A stretch of DNA of 64,000 bases from Eubacterium sp. GTDB lineage: Bacteria > Bacillota > Clostridia > Oscillospirales > Acutalibacteraceae. The stretch covers positions 109,958 to 173,957 of the forward strand of contig JAFSRN010000003.1 of the NCBI GenBank assembly GCA_017446095.1. The letters are read 5' to 3'. The translations under genes and the position numbers were made by a program. Of the stretch, positions 10,556-20,763 are shown in pieces. Within the stretch, counting starts at the first letter, position 1, and each line of letters opens with the position of its first letter. The notes below the pieces were generated by a model. It was not told the DNA's origin. It saw nothing but the letters and a program-made list of their open reading frames with translations, and made no database searches.

Positions 10556-11737
10556 ATGTCTAAGAAAAAAATATATATAACGTTATTCACATTGGCGACA
10601 GGAGGCGCGGAACGGCACGTGTCGCATATTGCAAATTATTTGTCAGATTTGGGATACGATATTACTATTGTCTTGTTATCAAATGGAATTGTTAATTATC
10701 ATTTAAATTCTGATATTGAAGTAGTAGATTTGCAAAGTCTTGATTATCCAAATACAATTGGCAGTGTAAATGTTTTTGAAAAAATACAATTAAAGTATTA
10801 TAAGCTATTTTCTTCAAAAAAATACGAGTGGCATGATCATAAAATATGGCTTAATAATTACTATTTTAAGAAATTTGAATATTATTTCAGTAAACAGGAA
10901 AACATTCAAAATAGTTTGGTTATTTCATTTATGACTGTGCCGAATATATGCGCTTCCGTTTCTAAAAAAAATATGGGGTACAAATTGATTTTAGCAGAAT
11001 TTAACTCTCCGTCAGGAGAATTCAGCTGTGATACTCCAGAAGACAAATTAAGAAAAAAATATTTCAATGAATGCGATGGGTTTGTGTTTCAAACAGAAGA
11101 AGAAAGAGACTACTATTCATATTTAGGTAATTATAAAAGTGCAATTATACCAAACCCACTTGAAGTTATTGACGTTCAACCGTCTGGCAAGCGAAACAAG
11201 GTAATTGTTAATTTTTGTAGATTGGCAACGGTAAAAAACATTCCACTATTAGTAGACGCTTTTTCAATGCTCTACGAAGATTATCCAGACTATAAGCTTG
11301 TGATTTACGGCGAAGGCTATGAAAAGCAGAATATTCTAAATCACATAAAAGAAAAGCATTTAGAAGATAGCATTGAAATAAGACCATTTTCATCCAATGT
11401 TTTGGAGTTAGTTTGCAACTGTGCTATGTTCGTGAGTTCTTCAAATATTGAGGGTATTTCAAATTCAATGATTGAAGCAATGGCAATCGGTTTGCCCACA
11501 ATATGTACTGATTGCCCTGCTGGTGGAGCAAGAATGTTTATTAAATCTTATGAAAACGGCATTCTAACACCTGTCGGAGATGCAGAGGCACTGTACAAGG
11601 CGATGAAATATATGATTGAAAATCCCGATAAGGCTGAACAGATGGGAAAAAAAGCGATGGAAATTCGAGAAACATTGAAGAAAGAAAAGATTCTTAATAA
11701 GTGGGGAGAGTTTATTAAGGAAGTGATAGAAAAATAA
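10556..11737 (+). CDS. Glycosyltransferase family 4
   Basis: GGAER, RLATVKN, SSNIEGISNSMIEAM; start placed at ATG 10556 after GAGGAG. Confidence 0.9.
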   Translation: MSKKKIYITLFTLATGGAERHVSHIANYLSDLGYDITIVLLSNGIVNYHLNSDIEVVDLQSLDYPNTIGSVNVFEKIQLKYYKLFSSKKYEWHDHKIWLNNYYFKKFEYYFSKQENIQNSLVISFMTVPNICASVSKKNMGYKLILAEFNSPSGEFSCDTPEDKLRKKYFNECDGFVFQTEEERDYYSYLGNYKSAIIPNPLEVIDVQPSGKRNKVIVNFCRLATVKNIPLLVDAFSMLYEDYPDYKLVIYGEGYEKQNILNHIKEKHLEDSIEIRPFSSNVLELVCNCAMFVSSSNIEGISNSMIEAMAIGLPTICTDCPAGGARMFIKSYENGILTPVGDAEALYKAMKYMIENPDKAEQMGKKAMEIRETLKKEKILNKWGEFIKEVIEK

Positions 11738-11805
11738 TGTCAGTTAAAAAGTGGCTTATTACCTATCAGTTTGAGTTGGATTAGATAAACTAAGGAGAAA
11801 AATTT

Positions 11806-12348
11806 ATGTCACTTAAGCAAATAGTTAAAAAATTCGGGGGGGGTAAAACAGATGAGGAAGCCCTCGACAAACTTGGATTTACTCATGGAAATGATTTTTC
11901 ATGTTACTCATGGGAGGGTATAGATTCGAATTATCCTTGGCTTATATCGATAGGAAACAAAGTAACTATATCTAATCATGTAAAAATACTTGCTCATGAT
12001 GCCAGTACAAATAATATTATCGGACATACAAAAGTCGGTATTGTGAAAATAGGAAATAATGTGTTTATTGGCACGCATGCTGTAATTAACTGTAATGTTC
12101 GCATTGGAAATAATGTTATAGTAGGGGCTGGATCTGTAGTTACAAAGGACATTCCAGACGGAATGGTTGTTGCCGGGAATCCTGCAAGGGTAATTTGTAC
12201 CTATGAAGATTATGTCGAAAAGCATATGAAAAATCTTGAAATCCATCCGGTATTTAACCAATATGGTAGAATTGGTTGGAAATCTGCTACTCAGGAAGAA
12301 TGGCTGCAAATGCGTGAAAGTTTGAAGGATTCGTTCGGATATATTTAA
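11806..12348 (+). CDS. Hexapeptide-repeat O-acetyltransferase
   Basis: [33 protein letters not shown]; AAGGAG RBS. Confidence 0.88.
   Translation: MSLKQIVKKFGGGKTDEEALDKLGFTHGNDFSCYSWEGIDSNYPWLISIGNKVTISNHVKILAHDASTNNIIGHTKVGIVKIGNNVFIGTHAVINCNVRIGNNVIVGAGSVVTKDIPDGMVVAGNPARVICTYEDYVEKHMKNLEIHPVFNQYGRIGWKSATQEEWLQMRESLKDSFGYI
11836..11843 (+). repeat. G8 homopolymer in 5' coding region of acetyltransferase
   Basis: aaattcGGGGGGGGtaaa read directly. Confidence 0.9.
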
Positions 12349-12385
12349 CACAATGAATAGCAAAATAGCGAAAGGAAATCGGATT

Positions 12386-13318
12386 ATGAGAATATTGATT
12401 GGTTCTCCCATAAAGCAAAAATCAACGGTGTTGAAAGAGTTTTTAATAGGACTTGATGAAGCAGATAAGGCTAATTGTGAAGTTACATATTTTTTTGTAG
12501 ATGACAATACAGAGGAATCATCAAGCGAACTTCTTTCGTCATTTGCAAAATTACATGATGTTATCATTAAAAATGGATCAGAGCTATTTGACGTGACGCC
12601 ATATACAGAAAATGATGATTATCAGAAGCACAACTGGAAAAGTGTTAATCTTGCAAAGGTTACAGTGTACAAAAACGCAATGATTAATTACTGCATTGAT
12701 GAAAAATATGACTATTTGTTTCTTATTGATTCAGATATTATCATTGATAAGAGAACCTTTCCACAACTTATTTCGGATGATGTGGAAATCGTTTCTAATG
12801 TGTTCTGGAACCAATGGAGAAGGAACGGCTTCTTGACTCCGCAGTGCTTTTTTATTCCGGATATTTATGTTCAAGATAAGGCGTTTAATATTCCATATAC
12901 TCCAGAGGAAGCTCATATAATCCATATGGAGAATATTGAACGAATGAAAACCCCGGGGCTACATGCGGTGGATGGCCTTGGTGCCTGTACTCTTATAAAA
13001 CGTAGTGCTTTAGAAAAGGGTGTGAGTTTTGCAGAAATCTACAATTTAAAAATTCCAGGTGAGGATAGACCATTTTGCATTCGTGCCGGTGTAGCTGGAA
13101 TACAGCTATATATGGACACCCATTTCCCTGCATATCATTGCAGTAAGGAGATTTTCCTTGATCGTGTTGATGAGTATAAGAGAGATGGTTGGAAATTTGA
13201 TATGTGTCAAGTCTTTGAGCCTGAAGTACCAAAGAAAAAGATGAATTTTGTGCTGAAATTTATATATAGAGCATCAAAAAAAATAGTAAGAGAATTTAGA
13301 TCAAAATACCAGACATGA
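12386..13318 (+). CDS. GT-A fold (GT2-like) glycosyltransferase
   Basis: FFVDDN, LIDSD (DxD), GACTLIK, GEDRPFCIRA; start at ATG after GAAAGGA. Confidence 0.75.
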   Translation: MRILIGSPIKQKSTVLKEFLIGLDEADKANCEVTYFFVDDNTEESSSELLSSFAKLHDVIIKNGSELFDVTPYTENDDYQKHNWKSVNLAKVTVYKNAMINYCIDEKYDYLFLIDSDIIIDKRTFPQLISDDVEIVSNVFWNQWRRNGFLTPQCFFIPDIYVQDKAFNIPYTPEEAHIIHMENIERMKTPGLHAVDGLGACTLIKRSALEKGVSFAEIYNLKIPGEDRPFCIRAGVAGIQLYMDTHFPAYHCSKEIFLDRVDEYKRDGWKFDMCQVFEPEVPKKKMNFVLKFIYRASKKIVREFRSKYQT

Positions 13319-13480
13319 TTATATAATTGTAAATCATACTATATTTCAAATAAAAGCCAAATTGATATGTCAAGAAAGTTGATAGTGTACTACAGATATT
13401 TAGTAGCTTGCATTTAAGATTCGGTGTTTAACCAGAGGGTTGAGAATGATGAAAAACTGATCATTGAAGGGAATAGCGGA

Positions 13481-14455
13481 ATGAGAATTAGGAATTTGAT
13501 TGAAAGATACAGTCCGTCAGAATTGAAAAGATGGATATTGACTAAATTAGGATTATATAGCCCTGAAAAAGAAATAGAAAAAAGATATCGAATTAACAGT
13601 GAAATGAAGGCAAGCAAATATCCTTCTGCGCTTGAAAAATGGTATCATTGGGCTACGGGTAATAAGTTGGATTTGAGAAATCCCATTACGTTTAACGAAA
13701 AATTGCAGTGGCTTAAAATATATGATGCAACACCACTCGAAACCCTTTTGGCTGACAAATATCTTGCAAGGGATTGGATTGCTGAAAAAATTGGAGACGA
13801 ATATCTTGTTCCGTTACTAGGTGTATGGGACGATGCAAATGATATTGATTTTGATTCCTTGCCTGAAAAGTTTGCTCTTAAATGTAATCATGGGAGTGGC
13901 TGGAATATTATAGTCGAGGATAAGAATAAACTTGATATACAGAAAGTTAGAAAGCAATTGAACGAATGGCTGCATACCAATTTTGCATTCTTCGGATTTA
14001 ATCTTCATTATATGAATATACCTCCTAAAATTATTGCAGAAAAATATCTTGAGTCTAAAACAGGATTGATTGATTACAGATTCTACTGTTTTAATGGTGA
14101 ACCGAAGCAGATTTGGGTAGATATTTTCAGTGGCACCCCTAAGCATTTACGATGTATTTATGACACAAACTGGAACAAATTAGATTTGCAATGTGGCTGG
14201 CCGGATGGAAGTGAGTATTTAAGTGATAAGCCGGCAAACTTAGAAAAAATGATATATTTTTCAAGAATATTGAGCAAAGATTTTTCTTTTGTTCGTGTAG
14301 ATTTCTTTGAAAGTGAAGGAAAGCTATATATGGGTGAAATGACTTTTATCCCTATGAATGGTACAGGTGCTTTTGAACCTCAAAGTTGGGATTACAAGCT
14401 TGGCGAGATGTTAAAATTACCAGAGAAAAAACCGTTTCCTCAGCGTTTATTTTAA
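13481..14455 (+). CDS. TupA-like ATP-grasp protein
   Basis: NPITFNEKLQWLK, LADKY.AR, KCNHGSG, DYRFYCFNG, FVRVDF, GEMTF motifs of TupA-like ATP-grasp. Confidence 0.85.
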   Translation: MRIRNLIERYSPSELKRWILTKLGLYSPEKEIEKRYRINSEMKASKYPSALEKWYHWATGNKLDLRNPITFNEKLQWLKIYDATPLETLLADKYLARDWIAEKIGDEYLVPLLGVWDDANDIDFDSLPEKFALKCNHGSGWNIIVEDKNKLDIQKVRKQLNEWLHTNFAFFGFNLHYMNIPPKIIAEKYLESKTGLIDYRFYCFNGEPKQIWVDIFSGTPKHLRCIYDTNWNKLDLQCGWPDGSEYLSDKPANLEKMIYFSRILSKDFSFVRVDFFESEGKLYMGEMTFIPMNGTGAFEPQSWDYKLGEMLKLPEKKPFPQRLF

Positions 14456-14615
14456 ATGCAAAGCGATATGTTTAAAGATTGTTTGTCCCTGTGTTCCTAT
14501 CATTTAAAAGGCAATATTTGAAGATAAACATAAATACCAATAATATTTCTACAACAAAGAGTTTTATTGTTGGCAAGCAAGAAAGATAGTGCGTAATTTT
14601 TAGATTATAAGAGAA

Positions 14616-15707
14616 ATGAAAAAAATAATGTTAGTGTTCGGCACGAGGCCGGAGGCAATCAAAATGTGTCCGCTTGTGAACGAACTTAAATTGAGAGACA
14701 ATTTTATAACAAAAGTGTGCGTAACTGGTCAGCATAGGCAGATGCTGGACCAGGTGTTAGATATTTTCGGCGTGGTGCCTGATTATGATTTGACCATAAT
14801 GAAGGACAAGCAGACTTTGTTTGACATCACAACCAACATCCTCAACAGAATCAAGGATGTTCTTGAGGCTGAAAAGCCCGACGTTGTGCTTGTTCACGGT
14901 GATACATCTACCACCTTTGTCACTGCGCTGGCGTGTTACTATCTGCAAATTCCTGTAGGTCATGTTGAAGCCGGGCTTCGTACATACAATATTTACTCGC
15001 CATATCCGGAGGAGTTTAACCGCGAAGCGGTTGGCATTATTTCACAGTACAACTTTGCACCTACCGAGATGTCAAAGTCCAATCTTATACGCGAAGGCAA
15101 GAATCCTGATACGGTTTATGTTACTGGCAACACAGTTATTGACGCGCTTAAAACTACTGTTAAGAAAGATTACTGTCACCCTGAATTAGACTGGGCAGAC
15201 GGCAGCAGACTTATACTTCTGACTGCTCACAGGCGCGAGAATTTAGGTGAGCCAATGCACTCTATGTTCCGTGCTATAAGGCGAATTGTTGACGAAACAC
15301 CTGATGTTAAGGTGATTTACCCGATTCATATGAATCCCGTTGTTCGCAAGGCTGCCGATGAGGAACTTGGCAATAGCGACAGAATCAGGATTATTGAGCC
15401 GCTTGACGTTATTGATTTTCATAACTTTATGGCGAGAAGTTATCTGATTCTCACCGATAGCGGCGGAATTCAGGAAGAAGCTCCGTCGCTTGGCAAACCG
15501 GTTCTTGTTATGCGCGATACGACTGAACGCCCCGAAGGTATTGAAGCTGGCACACTGAAACTTGTTGGCACAGATGAAGAAACCATCTACAACGAGTTTA
15601 AACTGCTTCTTACCGATTCTGATGAATATGAAAAAATGAGCAAAGCCTCTAACCCCTACGGCGATGGCTTTGCCTGCAAACGAATTGCTGATATATTAGC
15701 AAAATAG
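14616..15707 (+). CDS. wecB: UDP-N-acetylglucosamine 2-epimerase (non-hydrolysing)
   Basis: VFGTRPEAIKM, TGQHRQML, HVEAGLRT, TDSGGIQEEAP, NPYGDG. Confidence 0.96.
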   Translation: MKKIMLVFGTRPEAIKMCPLVNELKLRDNFITKVCVTGQHRQMLDQVLDIFGVVPDYDLTIMKDKQTLFDITTNILNRIKDVLEAEKPDVVLVHGDTSTTFVTALACYYLQIPVGHVEAGLRTYNIYSPYPEEFNREAVGIISQYNFAPTEMSKSNLIREGKNPDTVYVTGNTVIDALKTTVKKDYCHPELDWADGSRLILLTAHRRENLGEPMHSMFRAIRRIVDETPDVKVIYPIHMNPVVRKAADEELGNSDRIRIIEPLDVIDFHNFMARSYLILTDSGGIQEEAPSLGKPVLVMRDTTERPEGIEAGTLKLVGTDEETIYNEFKLLLTDSDEYEKMSKASNPYGDGFACKRIADILAK

Positions 15708-15733
15708 CATTTTATTCTTGGAAGGATATTATA

Positions 15734-16612
15734 ATGACAAAACAAGAAATGTCCCAATTTAAAACAGTTGCAACAGCTGAACATAAACTGTTTGATTTAC
15801 ATCTTAAAGAAACATTTGGTTATCGCGACCTTATATTTCTTTTTGTTAAGCGTAATTTTGTTGCAGATTATAAGCAAACCATTTTAGGACCGCTTTGGGC
15901 AATTATTAACCCGTTGTTCAATACATTTGTATTCGCAATTGTATTTGGCGGATTAGCAGGTCTTACAACTGCTGATATTCCCGGCGATTACGTACTTCCG
16001 TCGTTTCTATTTTATCTTTCTGGTAATATTTGCTGGAGTTATTTTTCAACTACGCTAAACCAGACTTCAAATACCTTTATACAAAACAGCGGAACTATGG
16101 GTAAGGTTTACTATCCGCGTTTAGTTGCACCTGTATCTACCGCCTTCAGCGGGCTTATATCTTTTGGTATTCAGATTGTAATGTTCTTTCTTGTATGGGC
16201 TTTCTATCTTGTTTTTAAGGATACAAGTATAGTTGTTACATACAGACTTCTGTTTTTACCGCTTTGCGTAATTCAGATGATGATTCTTGCTACCGGCATT
16301 GGTATTATTGTATCTGCATTGACAACTAAATACAGAGATTTGGTTAAGCTTGTTAGTCTTGCACTTGCTGTATGGAGATATTTTTCTCCTGTTGCATACG
16401 GTTTGCAATTAGTTCCTGAAAAATATATGTTTTTATATATGGCTGTCAACCCGTTTTCATCGATTGTTACTTCATTCAGATATTTTGTTCTCGGGTTTGG
16501 CTATTTTGACTGGGTCACTTATTTAATTAGTTGGGGAATAAGCATTTTGTTATTCTTTATCGGTTTAATACTGTTTAGCAGAATCGAAAGAACATTTATG
16601 GATACAATCTAA
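15734..16612 (+). CDS. wzm: ABC-2 type polysaccharide exporter permease
   Basis: YKQTILGPLWAIINP, KVYYPR, KYRD motifs; about 6 TM segments. Confidence 0.9.
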   Translation: MTKQEMSQFKTVATAEHKLFDLHLKETFGYRDLIFLFVKRNFVADYKQTILGPLWAIINPLFNTFVFAIVFGGLAGLTTADIPGDYVLPSFLFYLSGNICWSYFSTTLNQTSNTFIQNSGTMGKVYYPRLVAPVSTAFSGLISFGIQIVMFFLVWAFYLVFKDTSIVVTYRLLFLPLCVIQMMILATGIGIIVSALTTKYRDLVKLVSLALAVWRYFSPVAYGLQLVPEKYMFLYMAVNPFSSIVTSFRYFVLGFGYFDWVTYLISWGISILLFFIGLILFSRIERTFMDTI

Positions 16613-16624
16613 GGGGAACATGTA

Positions 16625-17911
16625 ATGGATGAATTAATGATAAAAGTTGATAACGTCAAAAAGAGATATAAGTTAGGACAGATTGGCGGAACTACACTTC
16701 GCGAGGAACTTCAGCGCAAAGTCGCTAAGGTTCGTGGTAAAGAAGATCCCACTGCAAAAATAGGCGCCAAACAGTATTCAAATGAAGAATTCTGGGCACT
16801 TAATGGAATTTCGTTTGACGTTAAAAAGGGCGAGCGTGTTGGCATTATCGGACATAACGGTGCAGGTAAATCCACATTGTTAAAGCTCATTTCTCGCATA
16901 ACTGCGCCCACTGAAGGTGCAATTGGGCTCAACGGAAGGATTACTTCGATGCTTGAAGTCGGTACCGGATTTCACGGTGAACTTACTGGTCGTGAAAATG
17001 TTTATATGAACGGTGCAATCCTTGGTATGACAAAAAAAGAAATTGATGAGAAAATGGAAGAGATTATTGATTTCTCGGAAGTCCGTCAATTTATAGATAC
17101 CCCTGTTAAGCGTTATTCGTCAGGTATGTATGTAAAACTTGCTTTTTCTGTTGCTTCGCATCTTGATTCAGATATTATGATTATGGATGAAGTTCTTGCT
17201 GTTGGTGATGCTGCTTTTCAGAACAAGTGTATTGATAAGATGAATGAAGTTTCTAAACAAGAGGGCAAAACCATTCTTTATGTTTCTCATCTTATGAACA
17301 CAGTTCGTAGACTTTGTGATAGAGTTATTGTTCTTGATCACGGTAAAGTTGTTTTTGATGGTCCTACTGAAGATGGGATAAAGATATATTTGAACGAACT
17401 TCAGGAATTAGACAAGCCTTATGTTGATTTGTCAAAAAAAGAGCGTCCAAAGTATTCACATAATGAAATTAAAATGAGTTATATAAAAATGCTGGATAAA
17501 GATGATGCTGTTTTTGAATGCGGAGAAACTATTCGTTGTGAACTCGGATGGACCAGTTTTGAAGATATTGAAAATTTGAGAATTCAATTGATCTTTGGGT
17601 ATAATTTTGAACGTGGAATTGGTTCTACAGTTTCTTTGCCTTTCGCTAATGCAAAAAAGGGAGAAAAATATGTATCTACTTTCGATATTGATACAAGTAT
17701 GCTTCCCGAAGGTAAATATACAGTAACAATCGCCCTCCATCACTTGAACGCTGAGCTTGGTCAGCAATATCATCATGACTTTATTAGTCATGCATTTTCA
17801 TTTCAAGTTGAAGAAAAGAAAAAGGATGAACGTTTTGTTACTTGGTATCATCCTGGATGGGGCTCGGTTAAATTCCCAGAAGTAGTAGTTAAAAACAGAT
17901 TGGCGGATTAG
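16625..17911 (+). CDS. wzt: Polysaccharide ABC transporter ATPase with C-terminal Wzt_C-like domain
   Basis: GHNGAGKST, YSSGM, DEVLAVGDAAFQNKC, plus ~170-aa beta-rich C-terminal extension. Confidence 0.92.
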   Translation: MDELMIKVDNVKKRYKLGQIGGTTLREELQRKVAKVRGKEDPTAKIGAKQYSNEEFWALNGISFDVKKGERVGIIGHNGAGKSTLLKLISRITAPTEGAIGLNGRITSMLEVGTGFHGELTGRENVYMNGAILGMTKKEIDEKMEEIIDFSEVRQFIDTPVKRYSSGMYVKLAFSVASHLDSDIMIMDEVLAVGDAAFQNKCIDKMNEVSKQEGKTILYVSHLMNTVRRLCDRVIVLDHGKVVFDGPTEDGIKIYLNELQELDKPYVDLSKKERPKYSHNEIKMSYIKMLDKDDAVFECGETIRCELGWTSFEDIENLRIQLIFGYNFERGIGSTVSLPFANAKKGEKYVSTFDIDTSMLPEGKYTVTIALHHLNAELGQQYHHDFISHAFSFQVEEKKKDERFVTWYHPGWGSVKFPEVVVKNRLAD

Positions 17912-17913
17912 GT

Positions 17914-18891
17914 ATGAGTGAAGAAGTTCAGATTAGTATTATTTGTATTACATATAATCATGAAAAGTATATAAGACAATGTTTGGATGGTTTTCTTATG
18001 CAAAAAGATGTTACTTTTGAGATTATCATTCATGACGATGCTTCAACTGATAAAACTTCGGAAGTTATTCGTGAATATGAATTAATGTATCCTGGTTTAT
18101 TAAAACCGATTTATCAGACTGAAAATCAGTATTCAAAAAATCCCATTATCATAGACAATAAGTTTGTACCGTATATTCAAGGAAAATATGTTGCAATATG
18201 TGAAGGCGACGATTACTGGACAGACCCATTTAAGTTAAAAAAGCAATTTGATGCACTTGAAGCTAATCCCGATTGTGTTATGTGTGCTCATAAAGTTAAT
18301 GTTGTCAATAACGACGGAACTGACTTAGGATACACCTGCCCGAGAAAAGATATTCAAACCATAATCCTGCCTATTGGCTATATTTGTATGAATTATGATA
18401 ACGCAAAGTACATTCATACAAATAGTTGCTTTATTAATGCTTCAGATTATAAACAGTATTTAACTAATATGCCGAATTATAGACTTGTTGCACCGGTAGG
18501 GGATGTTCCCTTACTATTATATTTTACATCTATTGGTAAAATATATTATTTCAACGAAGTAATGTCCAATTACCGTTTTATGAGCATAGGTAGCTGGACT
18601 TATCAAAATGAAAATGATCCTGAAAAGGAACAACGCAGACGAAATATTTATAAAAGAATGAAAGAAATGTTTGTCGAATTTTGCAAGTTTACAGGCGGTA
18701 AATATGACGAGTGTTTTATATCCGAAATTAAAAAATATGATATGAATGAATATTGGTATTGCATTAAACATCAGGATTACAAATCCCTTTTTACCGAATT
18801 CACCATAAAAGAACTAAAGGAATTTGGACTCGACAATAAAGCAATATTAAAAATGAAACTGCAAATATATTTTCCGTTCGTTTTTAAATGA
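17914..18891 (+). CDS. Glycosyltransferase family 2
   Basis: ICITYNHEKYI, HDDASTD, CEGDDYW. Confidence 0.9.
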   Translation: MSEEVQISIICITYNHEKYIRQCLDGFLMQKDVTFEIIIHDDASTDKTSEVIREYELMYPGLLKPIYQTENQYSKNPIIIDNKFVPYIQGKYVAICEGDDYWTDPFKLKKQFDALEANPDCVMCAHKVNVVNNDGTDLGYTCPRKDIQTIILPIGYICMNYDNAKYIHTNSCFINASDYKQYLTNMPNYRLVAPVGDVPLLLYFTSIGKIYYFNEVMSNYRFMSIGSWTYQNENDPEKEQRRRNIYKRMKEMFVEFCKFTGGKYDECFISEIKKYDMNEYWYCIKHQDYKSLFTEFTIKELKEFGLDNKAILKMKLQIYFPFVFK

Positions 18892-18910
18892 TAATATTAT
18901 AGGTGATACA

Positions 18911-20116
18911 ATGAAAAAACTCATGATTTTAGGCGGTTCGAGATATATCGTACCAGTAATTGAAAAAGCTCACGAATTGGGAATATATGTTATTACTTGC
19001 GACTATTTGCCTGACAATATTGCACATAAGTATTCTGACGAATACATTAATGTCAGCATTGTTGAAAAAGAAGAAGTCTTAAAAGTTGCTCAACAGTTAA
19101 AAATAGATGGCATAATTTCGTTCGCTTGCGATCCCGGTGTTGTTACTGCGGCTTATATTGCAGAGATAATGGGATTACCGTTTCAATGTTCTTATGAATC
19201 TACTAAAATTTTACAAGATAAAGGCAGATTCAGACAGTTTTTAATTGATAATGGATTTAATTCTCCTAACGCCCAAAAGTACCGTAATATTCACGACCCG
19301 TTGTATGACATTGCGTATTTTAATTGGCCGGTTATTGTGAAGCCTACCGATTCAGCAGGAAGCAAGGGGGTAACGAAAGTTGATAGCCCAACAAGAATTG
19401 TCGAAGCAGCCCAAGTTGCGTTAGATAATTCTATTGATGGTTCTTTTATTGTTGAAGATTTTATTACCTTTGAAGGTTATCATTCAAGTGCCGATCCATT
19501 TACAGTTGATGGAAAAATCAAGTTCATTACATATTCCGACCAACTTTTTGATAACGAAGCAAATAATCCTTATACACCAGCATATATTATTTGGCCGTCT
19601 ACAATGAAGATTGAACATCAAAAATACCTTACTTCAGAAATACAAAGATTATTTGATTTGTTAAAAGTAAAAACAGGAATTTATAACATAGAAACTTGTA
19701 TCGGAAATAGTGGCACTCCTTATATTATGGAAGTTTCTCCTCGTGGCGGCGGATGCAAAATTGCAGAACTGCAAGAGTTTGCATATAACCAACATTTCAT
19801 TGAAAACGAAATTAGAAAAGCCGTGGGAATGGATTTATTGGATATTTCTCAATCGGAATGCGATGGCTATTGGTGCGAAACGGTTATACATTCTAACAAT
19901 GATGAACAGGGTATTTTTAAAGAACTCTATATATCAGATTCTATTAACGATAATGTTAGAGTTGTTGATTTGTCAACAAAGAGTGGTGATCTTGTTCATC
20001 CTTTTTCTGGCGCTAATATGTCATTAGGAGATATGTTTTTAAGGTTTGATTCTCGTGAAGAATTAGATGATTTTGTAAAAAAATCTAGGGAATTGATTAA
20101 AATTCAATTAAAGTAG
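18911..20116 (+). CDS. ATP-grasp domain ligase (CPS-like, polysaccharide-locus type)
   Basis: N-terminal Rossmann-like LMILGG, DKGRFR, VKPTDSAGSKGV, EVSPRGGG. Confidence 0.85.
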   Translation: MKKLMILGGSRYIVPVIEKAHELGIYVITCDYLPDNIAHKYSDEYINVSIVEKEEVLKVAQQLKIDGIISFACDPGVVTAAYIAEIMGLPFQCSYESTKILQDKGRFRQFLIDNGFNSPNAQKYRNIHDPLYDIAYFNWPVIVKPTDSAGSKGVTKVDSPTRIVEAAQVALDNSIDGSFIVEDFITFEGYHSSADPFTVDGKIKFITYSDQLFDNEANNPYTPAYIIWPSTMKIEHQKYLTSEIQRLFDLLKVKTGIYNIETCIGNSGTPYIMEVSPRGGGCKIAELQEFAYNQHFIENEIRKAVGMDLLDISQSECDGYWCETVIHSNNDEQGIFKELYISDSINDNVRVVDLSTKSGDLVHPFSGANMSLGDMFLRFDSREELDDFVKKSRELIKIQLK

Positions 20117-20118
20117 TT

Positions 20119-20244
20119 ATGAATATGAAAGAGATTGGCGGATATTTTGAATTTTAAAAATTAATAGATTACGAATATTACAAAGGGCTTGTAAAGTTAA
20201 ACAGTGATTGCTCGGACTTATATTTTTCATTAATAGCTTATTAG
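20119..20244 (+). pseudogene. Decayed 5' remnant of a capsule-locus protein (MKEIGGYFEF*KLIDYEYYKGLVKLNS...)
   Basis: In-frame TAA at 20155-20157 inside an otherwise recognisable MKEIGGYFE...KLNS start; truncates at TAG 20242-20244. Confidence 0.55.
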
Positions 20245-20312
20245 ATTATATATACATTTTATATATACATTAAACAAATTATTTTGCAACATTTTAATAT
20301 GGAATAAATATT

Positions 20313-20750
20313 ATGAACTTTTATATTGATAATTCTGACATATCTATTTTAGAAATTTTTAATTTTATTAATGCAAACAGTTTTGAGAATTTTGATGAAG
20401 AATTTCTAGCATTATACTCAAAAAAAATATTTGAATATGCTAATATTATAACTTTTAGAGATACGATTGATAATAAAATAATCGGATTTGCTGCATATTA
20501 TGATAATGCTCCCGAAAAGAAATATGTATACATTACTTTCATCGGAGTATCAAAAGACTTTAGAAAAAAAGGCATTGCGAGTGGACTTTTGAGACAAATC
20601 GAATTGGTGGCAAAACAAAAAGGTTTTCGTGGCATTAAACTTGAAGTTAGAACTGATAATATTAATGCAAAAAAGTTTTATGAAAAACGCGGCTTTGTAT
20701 TTTGCGATTACGCAAGCACTGTCTCAGAATATCTCATTAAAGATTTATAA
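20313..20750 (+). CDS. GNAT family N-acetyltransferase
   Basis: FIGVSKDFRKKGIA (motif A), LEVRTDNINAKKFYEKRGF (motif B). Confidence 0.88.
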   Translation: MNFYIDNSDISILEIFNFINANSFENFDEEFLALYSKKIFEYANIITFRDTIDNKIIGFAAYYDNAPEKKYVYITFIGVSKDFRKKGIASGLLRQIELVAKQKGFRGIKLEVRTDNINAKKFYEKRGFVFCDYASTVSEYLIKDL

Positions 20751-20763
20751 TTACTATTAAAAT

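Noticed and set aside
11908-12567. 219-aa minus-strand ORF
   Set aside because: Antisense shadow of the acetyltransferase and GT; no motifs or RBS
13319-13480. Possible IS end (tgtcaag...) in the intergenic gap
   Set aside because: No partner inverted repeat, target duplication or transposase found
14456-14615. Possible gene remnant between TupA-like gene and wecB
   Set aside because: All frames have stops and no recognisable motif
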